64,000 nucleotides of DNA from an uncultured Pseudomonadota bacterium (GCA_963843375.1 CAWJKT010000003.1:32001-96000), one strand, 5' to 3'. Positions 31,871 to 42,878 are shown, numbered from the stretch's first letter. Notes: generated by a model not told the origin, from the letters alone. Program-made: numbers and translations.

Positions 31871-32052
31871 GAGCCCGCCGCCTGTGCCGTTTAAGACAGT
31901 ACTTTTCTGAGGCCTGACTAAGTCAGGTGGGCGCCCTCACAAGCGGTTCATCGCTTCCGAAGAAGACTATCCCCGATTGGTCTATGGGAACCCGTTTTTG
32001 TTTTTTGTGGCTCAGAATTTCCCGCCCCAAGATCGAACACCGCAGGAGGCTC
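31871..32052 (-). ncRNA. ssrS: 6S RNA
   Basis: 182-nt rod. On - strand the 5' end GAGCCTCCTGCGGTGTTCG pairs with the 3' end CGGCACAGGCGGCGGGCTC; inner TTCTGAG/CTCAGAA helix; A-rich central bubble opposite CCCACC; followed by a U-tract; zapA/ygfA neighbourhood; own promoter. Confidence 0.85.
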
Positions 32053-32058
32053 AAAACT

Positions 32059-32086
32059 ATTTTAAAAGGGTGCACGGACTTGTCAA
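32059..32086 (-). promoter_or_regulatory. sigma70 promoter of 6S RNA
   Basis: On - strand TTGACA (32086-32081), 16 bp, TAAAAT (32064-32059); predicted +1 coincides with the 6S 5' end at about 32052. Confidence 0.75.
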
Positions 32087-32283
32087 GGCCAGTTCGTAAG
32101 GGGAAAAGCTTGGTTTCCGTTTGGAACCACAAATTTGTTGACGGATACCCAATTAACCGAAGATTAGATTTAACCGGGATTTGTTTTGAGGAAAGAGGGA
32201 TTTTGACAAATGATTCAAATGAGCGGTTGAGAATTTAAGTTGACTATTGGAAAATGCTTCGCGACCCAGGAAGGATTTCCCCG

Positions 32284-32559
32284 ATGCAAATTCATGTTCG
32301 TTCGGTTCAAGCGCCGCGATTCTTGGTTCCCCTTTTGATATTGGCCGCGCTGGCTTTGATCCCTTTCGCCCTGATGCTGGACTTGGTCTGGCGGCGGTGG
32401 CCATTGGCGCTTCGGCATTGCGCATCTTATTACCCTCGCCGGAAAAACTCGAGGCCGGTTCAGCGAAAACCGCTTTTTCCAGGGTGGAACAAAAGATTTT
32501 CTGATCCTTCCGTCATTGACGCGGAATATGAGATAAAGGATTCCGATGAAAAAAAATAA
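32284..32559 (+). CDS. Small hypothetical membrane protein (probably with compensating indels)
   Basis: AGGAAGGA RBS; hydrophobic 'FLVPLLILAALALIPFALML' continuing as 'GLGLAAVAIGASALRILLP' in another frame; acidic tail 'VIDAEYEIKD'. Confidence 0.55.
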   Translation: MQIHVRSVQAPRFLVPLLILAALALIPFALMLDLVWRRWPLALRHCASYYPRRKNSRPVQRKPLFPGWNKRFSDPSVIDAEYEIKDSDEKK

Positions 32560-32581
32560 TCCGTGAAAACCGTCAAGAGGC

Positions 32582-35061
32582 ATGTCGAACCCAAGGATCT
32601 TCCGAATTTGAGCTTTACAAGGGAATTAGGGTTGAGGACTTCAAACATTCCTTCCAGGAAAACCTCAAGTACCGGTTGATTAAAGAAAGCGAAACCGCCA
32701 CCGATTACGACCGATATTTGAGCCTGGCCTATGCCATCCGGGACCGCCAGGTGGAAAATTGGGTCGCGACCCAAAAGACCTACCGGACTCAAAAGGTGAA
32801 AAGGGTTTACTATTTATCCTTGGAGTTCCTGATGGGACGGACCTTGGGCAACTCGGTCATTAACCTGCAGGTTGAGGACAGGGTTTCGAAAGCCCTTCTG
32901 GATTTGGGGTTCAACTTGGAGGAACTCCGGGAAGCGGAGATTGACGCGGGTCTTGGAAACGGCGGCCTGGGACGCCTGGCGGCTTGCTTCATGGATTCGC
33001 TGGCGACTTTGGAAATTCCCGCTTATGGTTATGGCATCCGTTACGATTACGGGATTTTCCGGCAAAAGATCGTCCGGGGTTACCAGGTGGAAGAACCGGA
33101 TGAGTGGTTGAGCAAGGAAAACCCTTGGGAGAAATCCCGGCCCGAATATACCTATCGGATTAAGTTTGGGGGCCATGTGGCCCAACGCACAAACCGCGCC
33201 GGAAAACAGGTTTTTGACTGGGTGGATACGGAAGATGTCCTGGCCGCGGCTTATGACACCCCGATTCCCGGTTATGGCAACAAAACCGTGAACAACCTGA
33301 GGCTGTGGTCCGCCAAGGCTACGGAGGAATTCGACCTCGACTTCTTCAACAAGGGGAATTATTTCGCCGCCACTTCCAAGAAAACCGAGACCGAATCCAT
33401 TTCCAAGGTCCTTTATCCCAATGACAACAGCCCGGAAGGGCGGGAATTGCGCCTGAAACAACAGTATTTCTTCGTGTCCGCCTCGATTCAGGACATCCTG
33501 CGGCGTTTTAAGCGGGAGCACCGGGATTTTCGGACACTGCCGGATGTGGCGGCCATCCAACTCAATGACACCCATCCCACCATCGCTATCGCCGAATTCA
33601 TGAGGATCATGCTGGACTTGGAGGGGATGGATTGGGAATGGCCTGGGAAGTGACCAAGGCGCTATTTTCGGCTATACCAACCACACGCTTTTGCCGGAAG
33701 CCCTGGAAAAGTGGCCAATTGAACCTTTTTGGGCGGCTGTTTCCGCGGCATCTCCAGATCATCCAGGAAATCAACGCCCGTTTTTTAAGGGAAGTGGCCA
33801 ACCATTATCCCGGTGACAAGGACCGGCTTCGGCGAATGTCCATTTTTGAGGAAGGTCCGGACCCGCATATTCGCATGGCCCACTTGGCGATTGTCGGGCA
33901 GCCATTCGGTCAACGGGGTCTCCGCCTTGCACACGGAGCTGTTAAAGAAGTCACGTGGTTCCGGATTTCAACGATCTTTATCCTGAGCGGTTTAACAATA
34001 AGACCAACGGCATCACGCAAAGGCGGTGGTTGAAAAAGTGCAATCCGGGACTTTCCGAACTGATCACCTCCAAAATCGGGGACAAATGGGTGACCGACCT
34101 GAACCAGTTGAAAAAACTGGAAAAATTCGCCGAGGACAAGAAATTTCAGGCCCAATGGCGGGAAGTCAAAAAACAGAACAAGGAAAAGCTGGCCGGCCCT
34201 CATCGCTGTTGAACAGAGATTGGCCATCGATACGGAATCGATTTTTGACGTTCAGGTCAAACGCATTCATGAGTACAAACGGCAGCTTTTGAACGCATTG
34301 CACGTCATCGCGCTTTACCGGCGGATCAAGGCGAATCCGGGCGCGTCCTTTGTGCCCCGGACCGTTTTCTTTGGGGGCAAGGCCGCTCCGGGCTATCACC
34401 AAGCCAAGCTCATCATCAAGTTCATCAGCGCCATCGGGGACGTGGTCAACCAGGATCCCCAGATCAAGGGAAAGCTGATGAGTGTGTTTCTTCCCAATTA
34501 CCGCGTGTCCTTGGCGGAGAAAATCATTCCAGCCACCGACCTGTCGGAGCAAATTTCTACCGCCGGGAAAGAAGCCTCCGGAACGGGAAACATGAAATTC
34601 GCCCTCAATGGAGCGCTGACCATCGGGACATTGGATGGGGCGAATATTGAAATTAAGGAAGAAGTGGGGGACGAGAATATCTTTATTTTTGGGCTGACGG
34701 CGGAGGAAGTGGTCCAAACCCGGCGGCAGGGGTACAACCCCCGGGATTATTACCACAAATCCGCGGAATTAAAAGGCGTGCTGGATTTGATCGCCAGCGG
34801 CTTTTTCTCGCCGGAAAATCCCGGAGCTTTTCCAGCCCATCTATGAGTCCTTGATGAACCATGACGAGTATCTGCTGTTGGCGGATTTTGACGCCTTATG
34901 TGGAATGCCAGGACAAGGTGGCCGAGGTTTACCGGGATCAAGACGAGTGGTCCCGGATGTCCATTTTAAACGTTGCCCGGATGGGCAAGTTTTCCAGCGA
35001 CAGGACCATTCAGGAATATTGCGATGACATTTGGAGGGTGAAGCCGGTCAAGATCAACTGA
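32582..35061 (+). CDS. glgP: Glycogen/starch/alpha-glucan phosphorylase (several apparent indels)
   Basis: '[11 protein letters not shown]', '[16 protein letters not shown]', 'QLNDTHP', '[11 protein letters not shown]', '[11 protein letters not shown]', PLP site 'EASGTGNMK', 'FSSDRTI'. Confidence 0.95.
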
Positions 35062-35100
35062 TTCAATTGGGTTTAAGCAGAACCCGCTCGATCGGTTACG

Positions 35101-35940
35101 CTATTCGAGGATGGCGTCGATTTTTTTGAAAATATTTTTCAGTTTCTCATCCGAGGGAAGAAAATTATCAGAAGCGGTTTGTGATTTGACTGAGGGGTTG
35201 GAGGGCATTGATTTTTCTTTTTCCGAATTTTCTTGTGCCTGCTTGAATTCGGCTTTCATGTGATCCGCTTTAGCTTTTAAATCCTTGATCTCGGCTTGGG
35301 CCTCGTCATTCAAACCCTCTGCGGCGACCAAATCTTCTTTTGTTTTTTCGAGTTGTAAAGTGAGCGTTTGCACCTGATTTTGCAAACGGTTGGCTTCCTT
35401 TGAGGAATCCTCTTCTTTTCGAAGGATGCCTTCCAACTCCTTTCGGGCGTTTTCCAATTCCGTTTTCCGATCGTTCAGGGTTTTAAGGGTGCTTTCCAGT
35501 TCTTTTTTTGCTTTTTCGGCTTCGGCCGTTTTTTGATCGGCCTCGTTTTTGAGTTTCAGAAGTTCGGTGGTGGCTTCTTCGAGTTTTTTCCTATTCTCGG
35601 TTGTTTCGCCCTTGAGCTTGTCCCCCTGATCCTTCAGCTCCAAGGTGTGTTTTAGCGATCCGTCGGCGGATTTTTTCATTTCCAGGAGATTTTTTTCAAG
35701 GGTTTCAATAAGTCTGAGGTTTTCGCTTTTAACCTTTTCCAGACGGTGGAGTTCGTCCGCGATATTCATGGAGACCAGGATGGCCACCTTTGCGGCCGGA
35801 GCGGAAGACTTCTTGCCGATTTCGCTCATTTTCCCGTCCACGAACTTGGCCAGTTCGGCGATATATTGCGGGTCGGCTTCCCCTTTCAGGGTGTATTCGT
35901 TGCCATAAATGGTGACGGTAACGGCTTTTTTCTCGCTCAT
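35101..35940 (-). CDS. zapA: Cell division protein ZapA with long C-terminal coiled-coil extension
   Basis: N-terminal 'VTVTIYGNEYTLKGEADPQYIAELAKFVDGKM..I...AKVAILVSMNIADEL' is the ZapA fold; the remainder is mostly K/E/L heptads; 279 aa in one frame. Confidence 0.88.
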   Translation of the reverse strand: MSEKKAVTVTIYGNEYTLKGEADPQYIAELAKFVDGKMSEIGKKSSAPAAKVAILVSMNIADELHRLEKVKSENLRLIETLEKNLLEMKKSADGSLKHTLELKDQGDKLKGETTENRKKLEEATTELLKLKNEADQKTAEAEKAKKELESTLKTLNDRKTELENARKELEGILRKEEDSSKEANRLQNQVQTLTLQLEKTKEDLVAAEGLNDEAQAEIKDLKAKADHMKAEFKQAQENSEKEKSMPSNPSVKSQTASDNFLPSDEKLKNIFKKIDAILE

Positions 35941-35955
35941 GGTTTTCCTAGGAAC

Positions 35956-36267
35956 TTAATGATCTTCCAGCTTTAATTCACTGGCTAAGGTTTCAATACG
36001 CTGTAAGTTGTGTTTTACCAACTTTAGGTCTTCCAAAGCGTTTTCGTATTGATGGCGAAGTTTTTGGTTTTCTTCATTCCCCGGGCCTGGTTCAGTAACC
36101 GGCATGTCTTTTAATTGGTTCTTTAAAAGGACATTTTCTTTCATTAGTTGTGCGTTGGCGTTTCGAAGCTGGACGATTCCTTCTAAAAGGCGGTTGATCC
36201 GTTTTTCCAAGTCTTCCCACAGGGATTTGGGCTCGGAGGAATGCCCGAATAGATCATCGGAGTGCAA
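35956..36267 (-). CDS. ZapB-like short coiled-coil protein
   Basis: 'LEKRINRLLEGIVQLRNANAQLMKEN..LK' coiled coil; position between pheT and zapA. Confidence 0.7.
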   Translation of the reverse strand: MHSDDLFGHSSEPKSLWEDLEKRINRLLEGIVQLRNANAQLMKENVLLKNQLKDMPVTEPGPGNEENQKLRHQYENALEDLKLVKHNLQRIETLASELKLEDH

Positions 36268-38666
36268 TGGAAAACCTCGATTTCAAGCCGTCCACAATTT
36301 GGGAAACTTTTTGCGCCACTTCCTGGTCGGTCAAAGTGCGTTCCTCATTCAAAAATTGCATTCGGTAGGCGAGGCTTCGGACGCCCGGGGATAGATGGGG
36401 ACCACGGTAAAGATCAAATAAAAAGACCTTTTTAAGGTCGGGTTTTCCCATGTCTTCAATGGCCACCAAAACCTGGTTTGATGTTACACCATCCGGAACC
36501 ATTAGGGCAATGTCTCTCCACGCCGCCGGAAACTTGGGCAGGGAATGGTAGCTCTTGGAAATGTGGGCGGCCTTTTGAAGAGCCTCGGGCTCTAATTCGA
36601 AAGCGAAAGCTGGAACGGAAATGTCATATTCCTTAAGGACTTTGGGGTGAATGGAGCCGCCTTGGGCCAAAAGTTGTCCTTGCGAGGTTTTAACCTCGAA
36701 ATTCTGCAAGGGGTCATAAGGAGCGGATGACTGTTGGAAACTCCACTGAAAATCCATAATCCCGCAATTGAAGAGAAGATTTTCAACCAACCCCTTGATA
36801 TCGTAAAAATCGGCTTTGCGTTCGGGGGAATACCAATGGGCTTGGGCGGCTGTTCCGGCGATGATCGCCGCCACCCGAACCTTTTCTGTGACTTTGCCCT
36901 CGGAAGACGGCAAAAATACTTTATTGATCTCGTATAACGAGACGGTTTCTTCCTGGTGGGAAAGGTTCAACTGGACGTTCGCCAGCAGTGAAGTCAAAAG
37001 CGTGGGCCGCAAAACCCGCTGGTCGTCGGTAATTGGATTGGCCACTTCCTGGAATTTCCGCAAAGGGTGGTTTTCCGCCAATTTGAGCTTTTGAAAAAAG
37101 TTGCCAGGCCAAAAATGTTGAATTAACCGCTTCATAGAAACCGGCTTGGTGTAAAGCAAAGCGAATTTCTTTTTCGAACGGAATTCCCGAACCCAGGGGA
37201 AAAAGAAATGAGGGGATGCTTGGGGGGGCCATAGGGAGCTTGTCATACCCGGAAAGACGCGCCATTTCCTCAATAAGATCGATCTCCCGAGTTAAATCCA
37301 GTCGATAACTGGGGCAGCGGACGGAAAGCGTTTTTGAAGTGGGTGAACCTTTAATTTTGCATCCGAGGTTTTTTAGAATCCCGATTTGAGTTTTGGCCGG
37401 TATTTCCAAACCTAGGATTTTATCGGATCTTTGCGGTCGGAAAGAAAGGGAAGATGTTTTGAAACTTTTGGTCGAAATGGAGCCGATACCTTTCGCCAAG
37501 TGGCCGCCTGCCACTTCGAGGATAAGGGTGACAGCCCTTTCCAGGGCGACTCGCACACCTTCCGGATCCACGCCTCGCTCGAATCGATAAGAAGAATCGG
37601 TGGAAATGCCTAAGCTTCGGGCGGTTTTGCGCACACTGCCCGGCAAGAAGAAGGCCGCCTCCAATAAGATAGTCTGGGTTTGATTGTTTACTTGAGAATT
37701 GCTTCCGCCCATGATTCCGGCCAAGGCAATGGGGCGGTCGGCATCCGAAATCACCAGCATGTCTTCTTTCAATTCCCGTTCGCTGTTATCCAACAGGGGA
37801 ATTTTTTCTCCCTGGATCGCGGTTCGGACAATAATCTGGCGTCCATGGATCTGCCCCAGGTCAAAAGCGTGGAGGGGTTGGCCGGTTTCCAAAAGGACAT
37901 AGTTGGTCACATCGACGATATTATTGATGGACCTTTGGCCCATTTTATTTAATGTTTGGATAAGCCACTTGGGCGAAGGGCCCACAGTGACCCCTTCGAT
38001 GGCGCGGCAAGTGTAGAGGTGACATAAGTCTTTAGCCTCGATTTTGATGTGGGTCAGCTTTGAGAGGGGAATTGAGCTTTCCTTGAGTTTTTTTGGTTTG
38101 GGATATTGGACGGGTTTGTGGAAGAGGGCGCCCAATTCGCGCGCCACTCCCCAATGGCTTAAAAGGTCAGCGCGGTTGGGGGTAATTTCTAGTTCGAAAA
38201 GAGTGTCGGGCAAGCCCATATAACCTAGGAATTCAGCCCCGACGGGCGCATCGGGGGGCAAAATCAGAATACCCTCGGCGTCCTCGGCCAAACCTAATTC
38301 CTTGGCGGAACAAAGCATGCCGAAAGATTCGACTCCGCGGATTTTGGCGGCTCTGATTTCAAAGTTTCCAGGAAGCAAGGCTCCGACTTTGGCAAGGGGA
38401 ACCTTTTGCCCCGCAGCGATGTTTTTGGCTCCGCAAACTACCTGGAAAGTCTCGGTTCCGGTAGAAACCTTCGTAAGGGATAAGCGATCAGCCTGGGGAT
38501 GTTTTTCAACGGACAGGATTTCAGCCACTACCACCTGGCTAATGTCACACCCTAGATGTTTTACATTTTCAACAGCGACGCCAGCGTGGATCAAGCGCTC
38601 CAATACTATTTCCACAGGTTCTTTGAGAGAAATATATTGTTTGAGCCAGTTATATGAGATAAGCAT
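36254..38666 (-). CDS. pheT: Phenylalanine--tRNA ligase beta subunit (apparent indel about 37110)
   Basis: 'MLISYNWL', 'HPQADRL', 'VVCGAKN', 'ITPNRAD', 'SSYRFERGVD', 'DLIEEMAR'; 'LRPTLL' and the FDX-ACB 'RDIA...FDLY...ERTLTD' in the next frame. Confidence 0.96.
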
Positions 38667-38722
38667 TGGGGAATCCGTAATGAATTTATAGAAAAACAGC
38701 GAAAAGACACGAATTTTCAAGA

Positions 38723-38752
38723 AGTTTAGATTAGAGCCTAGGGGACTGTCAA
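38723..38752 (-). promoter_or_regulatory. Putative sigma70 promoter of pheT
   Basis: On - strand TTGACA (38752-38747), 18 bp, TAAACT (38728-38723). Confidence 0.55.
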
Positions 38753-38926
38753 CAAGGACCCTGGGGATCAATTGTACTTGGTGTTTGCAAAATGGGAATT
38801 GGAACGCTGCTTTTTTGGTGATTTTAAGTGGGCTTATCCTTTAAGCTAGCCGCCTCGTAAAACTAGTTTATTCGGCGATTCATGGTTTACAGCTTATGAC
38901 GGATACATTGAAAGGTGGTGATGAGA

Positions 38927-40022
38927 TTGGCGTTGTTTGAATTGGACGTCAAGTCTCTGGAGAGAAAGTTTACCGAAGTGAGGGATCATCTTTGACCCCG
39001 CTCAAGTTAAGCGGGACATAGAGCGGCTCGAGGACCAAACCACCCAACCCAAATTCTGGGATGATCCTAAAAGCGCGCAGGTTGTAACGGCCCAATTGGC
39101 TCGGTTGAAAGACACCATGGCGCTGGTGCAGGACTTTGAAAAACAATACCACGATCTGCTTACTTACAACGAATTGCTCAAAGAACAACACGACCCCACC
39201 TTGATTGCGGAAATGGAGCAAAGTCATAAGAAGTTCGAGACGGACTTCCGAACTTTCGAGCTCAAACGGAATTTCAGCGGCAAATATGATTTCAATAACG
39301 CCTATGTTTCCATCCATCCTGGAGCAGGAGGCACGGAAAGCCAAGATTGGGCTTCCATGCTTTTGCGCATGTATTTGCGCTGGATGGAATCCAAGGGTTA
39401 TGAAGTGGAAACCCTCGATTACCAGGTGGCCGAAGAGGCGGGAATCAAATCCGTTTCCCTTTTTGTGAAAGGCCCCTGGGCCTATGGCTTTCTTAAGGTT
39501 GAAAAAGGCGTTCACCGCCTAGTGCGGATCTCACCCTTTGACGCCAACAAACGCCGCCATACGTCCTTTTCCTCGGTTGATGTCATGCCGGAAGTGGACG
39601 ATGTGGAGTTTGAGCTCCGGTGGGACGATATCAAATTCGATACATTCCGTTCGGGTGGAAAAGGTGGCCAGAACGTCAACAAAGTCGAAACTGCCGTACG
39701 GTTGACGCATATCCCTACTGGTCTCATCGTGGCCTGCCAAACCCAGCGTTCCCAGCTGCAAAACAAGGAACAGGCCTTGAAGATGCTGAAAGCTAAATTG
39801 TTCCAATATTACCAGGACCTGCATGACGAAGAGATGTCCAGGGTGGCCGGGGCTAAGAAAAAGATCGAATGGGGTAGCCAGATTCGCTCCTATGTTTTCC
39901 AACCCTACCAGATGGCTAAGGACCACCGGACCAACGTGGAAATGAACGATATCAGCCGGGTTATGGATGGGGATATCGATCCTTTCATTGAAGCGGCCCT
40001 AAAAGCCAAGATAGTTGATTAG
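38927..40022 (+). CDS. prfB: Peptide chain release factor 2, translated via programmed +1 frameshift
   Basis: 22-codon ORF ending AGG GAT CAT CTT TGA C; the +1 frame from 38994 continues 'DPAQV...FWDDP' into '[10 protein letters not shown]', 'SPF' and 'GGQ'. Start TTG 38927 or ATG 38921. Confidence 0.97.
38981..38996 (+). other. prfB +1 ribosomal frameshift site
   Basis: SD-like AGGGA followed by CTT TGA C (38990-38996), matching the canonical RF2 autoregulatory signal. Confidence 0.92.
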
Positions 40023-40069
40023 TTTTTCAATGTTATACTAGCCGTTCATTTCAAGGAGTTTTGCGGAAA

Positions 40070-41578
40070 ATGTCCCAACTGAACGAATTTATTAAAGTCC
40101 GATTAGAAAAACTCAAAGCCCTTAGAGAAAGGGGAATTAACCCCTATCCATCTGAAGCTTTTGAAATGACCCATCATTCGGCGGATATTCTGGAAAAGTA
40201 TAAAGATCTGCAGCCCGGGGAACACAAGGAAAGGGAAAAAGTCTCGATTGCAGGAAGACTGATGACCATCCGCGGTATGGGAAAAAGTTCATTCGCTCAC
40301 ATTCTTGATTCACGCGGGAAAATCCAGATTTATATTAAGAAAGACGGCGTGGGTGAAAAATTCTATGAAATTTTCAATCTGCTGGATTTGGGTGACATCA
40401 TTGGCGTAAGGGGTTTTCCTTTTAAGACCAAAACCGGTGAAGTGAGCATTCACGTTGAGTTTTTTGAGATTCTATGCAAATCGCTCCACCAGTTGCCGGA
40501 AAAGTGGCACGGTCTTACCGATGTGGAGGCCCGTTACCGGCATCGCTACGTTGATTTGATCGTCAATGATGAAGTTCGGAAAACTTTCGAAACCCGTTCG
40601 AAGGTGGTCGGGGCTATTCGCAAACACCTGGATGGGAACGGGTTTCTGGAAGTGGAAACCCCCATGATGCATCCCATTCCCGGCGGGGCCACAGCCAAGC
40701 CCTTCTTGACCCATCACAACGCGTTGGATATGGATTTGTTTCTTCGTATTGCCCCGGAGCTTTACCTAAAACGCCTTTTGGTGGGTGGGTTCGAAAAGGT
40801 TTATGAGATCAACCGCAATTTCCGCAATGAGGGAATCAGTATTAAGCACAACCCCGAATTTACCATGTTGGAGGCCTACCAAGCCTACGGAAACAACGAA
40901 ACGGTTATGGCCTTGACCGAACAACTTTTGGCTGAAGCCGCCAAAGCCGCTGGGCAAGGTGTCAAAATCCAAGTCGGCGAGACCGAGTTGGACTTTACTC
41001 CTCCCTTCAAGCGCTTGCCCCTTTTAAGGGCTTTAGAAGAAATTGCCGGAATCGAGTATGACGAGGTTTCCGTCGACGACTTGAAGAAACGCCTGAAAAC
41101 CACCGACGTTCAGGTCAAGCACCTGGATTCATTGTCCAAGGCCGAACTGGCTTACCTGCTTTTTGGCGAATTGGTGGAATCGAACTTGATCCAACCGACT
41201 TTCATCACTGATTTCCCAATTGAAGTTTCACCCCTGGCCAAAGCCAAAGCGGATAAACCGGAGTTGACGGAGCGCTTCGAGCTTTTCATTTTTGGGCGGG
41301 AAATTGCAAATGGATTTTCCGAGTTGAATGACCCTATTGACCAGCGCTATCGATTTGAGAAACAAGTGGAATTACGCAAGGCGGGGGATGAGGAAGGAAT
41401 GTTTCTTGACGAGGATTTCATCCTGGCCCTTTCCTACGGTATGCCCCCGGCCGGAGGCGTAGGTATCGGTATCGATCGACTTTTGATGCTCTTGACCAAC
41501 AGTCCCTCCATACGGGATGTCATCCTATTCCCATTGTTGCGTCAAAGGGATGACACCGAAAAAATGGTATTTGAATAA
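40070..41578 (+). CDS. lysS: Lysine--tRNA ligase (class II)
   Basis: 'LPEKWHGLTD.E.RYR', 'LEVETPMM', 'LRIAPELYLKRL', 'FRNEG', 'GMPPAGGVGIGIDRL'. Confidence 0.99.
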   Translation: MSQLNEFIKVRLEKLKALRERGINPYPSEAFEMTHHSADILEKYKDLQPGEHKEREKVSIAGRLMTIRGMGKSSFAHILDSRGKIQIYIKKDGVGEKFYEIFNLLDLGDIIGVRGFPFKTKTGEVSIHVEFFEILCKSLHQLPEKWHGLTDVEARYRHRYVDLIVNDEVRKTFETRSKVVGAIRKHLDGNGFLEVETPMMHPIPGGATAKPFLTHHNALDMDLFLRIAPELYLKRLLVGGFEKVYEINRNFRNEGISIKHNPEFTMLEAYQAYGNNETVMALTEQLLAEAAKAAGQGVKIQVGETELDFTPPFKRLPLLRALEEIAGIEYDEVSVDDLKKRLKTTDVQVKHLDSLSKAELAYLLFGELVESNLIQPTFITDFPIEVSPLAKAKADKPELTERFELFIFGREIANGFSELNDPIDQRYRFEKQVELRKAGDEEGMFLDEDFILALSYGMPPAGGVGIGIDRLLMLLTNSPSIRDVILFPLLRQRDDTEKMVFE

Positions 41579-41617
41579 ACCCCAATTTACTTGTGATCTT
41601 CTTGATGAAGAGGTTGG

Positions 41618-42871
41618 ATGAAATACCCATTTGAAATCTTTCTCGGTCTTCGTTATCTCCGTTCCAAGCGTAAGCGCTCGGCCATTTCAATTCTGACGTG
41701 GCTTTCGGTTTTGGGTGTAGCTATCGGTGTGATGGCGCTCAACGTGGTTTTGTCAGTCATGAACGGGTTTGACGAGGATTTGAAATCCAAAATCGTAGGG
41801 TTGAACGCGCATATTATCGTATCTGGTTTTCAGAACCGTCCCCTTACCGACTACGATCAAATTACCCAAGTAATTAAAAAAATGGACCATGTGAAGGCGG
41901 TAGGCCCTTACATGGAAGGACAAGCCCTCGCCCGCTCAAAGGAGAGGTCTTTGGGAGTCATGGTTTGGGGAATCGACCCCGATGCGCCCCAGGCCATTGC
42001 GGATTTGAATAAATATCTATGGGAAGTTAAGGCTACGGCTTTAAAAAATCCTTCTATCGACGGATCGGGCAGGGGGGAAAGGATTTTTTTGGGAGCCGAA
42101 TTAGCCCGTAGACTGCAGGTTAGCGTAGGGGACGATTTAATACTTTTCCTCCCTATCCTTCAACAAACTCCGCTGGGCATGATGCCCAAAAGCATGAAAT
42201 TCCAAATTGTGGGTTTGTTTTCAACCGGTATGTATGATTACGACGAGGCCTATACTTACGTTTCGATCCAGAATGGCCAAAAAATGTACCAGTTCGAAAA
42301 TAACGTGACTGGAGTGGCGGTGAAGGTGGACAACGTGGACCTGGCGCCAGAAGTAGCCAAGGCTATTAGGGAAAGATTCGAGGGCCGCTACTTCGTTCAG
42401 GACTGGCTTCAAATGAACCATAATCTATTTGTGGCCCTCCAAACGGAAAAGTGGGTAATGGGAATTATCCTTTCGCTCATCGTTCTTGTGGCTTCTCTTA
42501 ATATCATCAATCCGCTGACAATGATGGTTATTGAAAAGACAAAGGAAATAGGCATTTTGAAAGCCATGGGGGCAACTGACCGAAGCGTCATGTCCATTTT
42601 TATTTTTGAGGGAATGTTTATCGGAATTATTGGAATTCTTGTGGGCCTGATGGGTGGTTTTGTTCTTTGTGAAATAATTGCCAGAGTGCCGATCCCAATG
42701 CCAGGGGGGGGAATGGTTTACTACATTGATCGCCTTCCGGTAAAGGTCGATCCCAAAGTTTGTTATCTCGTTATTCCCTTGATGTCGGTTTTGCTTTGTT
42801 TTATCTCGACCTTATACCCTGCACGACAGGCGGCCAAGTTGGAGCCGGTCGACGCTATCCGTTACAGTTAA
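41618..42871 (+). CDS. Lipoprotein-releasing ABC transporter permease (LolC/E family)
   Basis: 'LRYLRSKR', 'VLSVMNGF', 'EKTKEIGILKAMGA', 'YPARQAAKLEPVDAIRY'. Confidence 0.95.
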   Translation: MKYPFEIFLGLRYLRSKRKRSAISILTWLSVLGVAIGVMALNVVLSVMNGFDEDLKSKIVGLNAHIIVSGFQNRPLTDYDQITQVIKKMDHVKAVGPYMEGQALARSKERSLGVMVWGIDPDAPQAIADLNKYLWEVKATALKNPSIDGSGRGERIFLGAELARRLQVSVGDDLILFLPILQQTPLGMMPKSMKFQIVGLFSTGMYDYDEAYTYVSIQNGQKMYQFENNVTGVAVKVDNVDLAPEVAKAIRERFEGRYFVQDWLQMNHNLFVALQTEKWVMGIILSLIVLVASLNIINPLTMMVIEKTKEIGILKAMGATDRSVMSIFIFEGMFIGIIGILVGLMGGFVLCEIIARVPIPMPGGGMVYYIDRLPVKVDPKVCYLVIPLMSVLLCFISTLYPARQAAKLEPVDAIRYS

Positions 42872-42878
42872 GGGAGCT

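Noticed and set aside
38780..38920. Possible lnt remnant or small ORF upstream of prfB
   Set aside because: No convincing ORF or motif; explained as the divergent promoter region.
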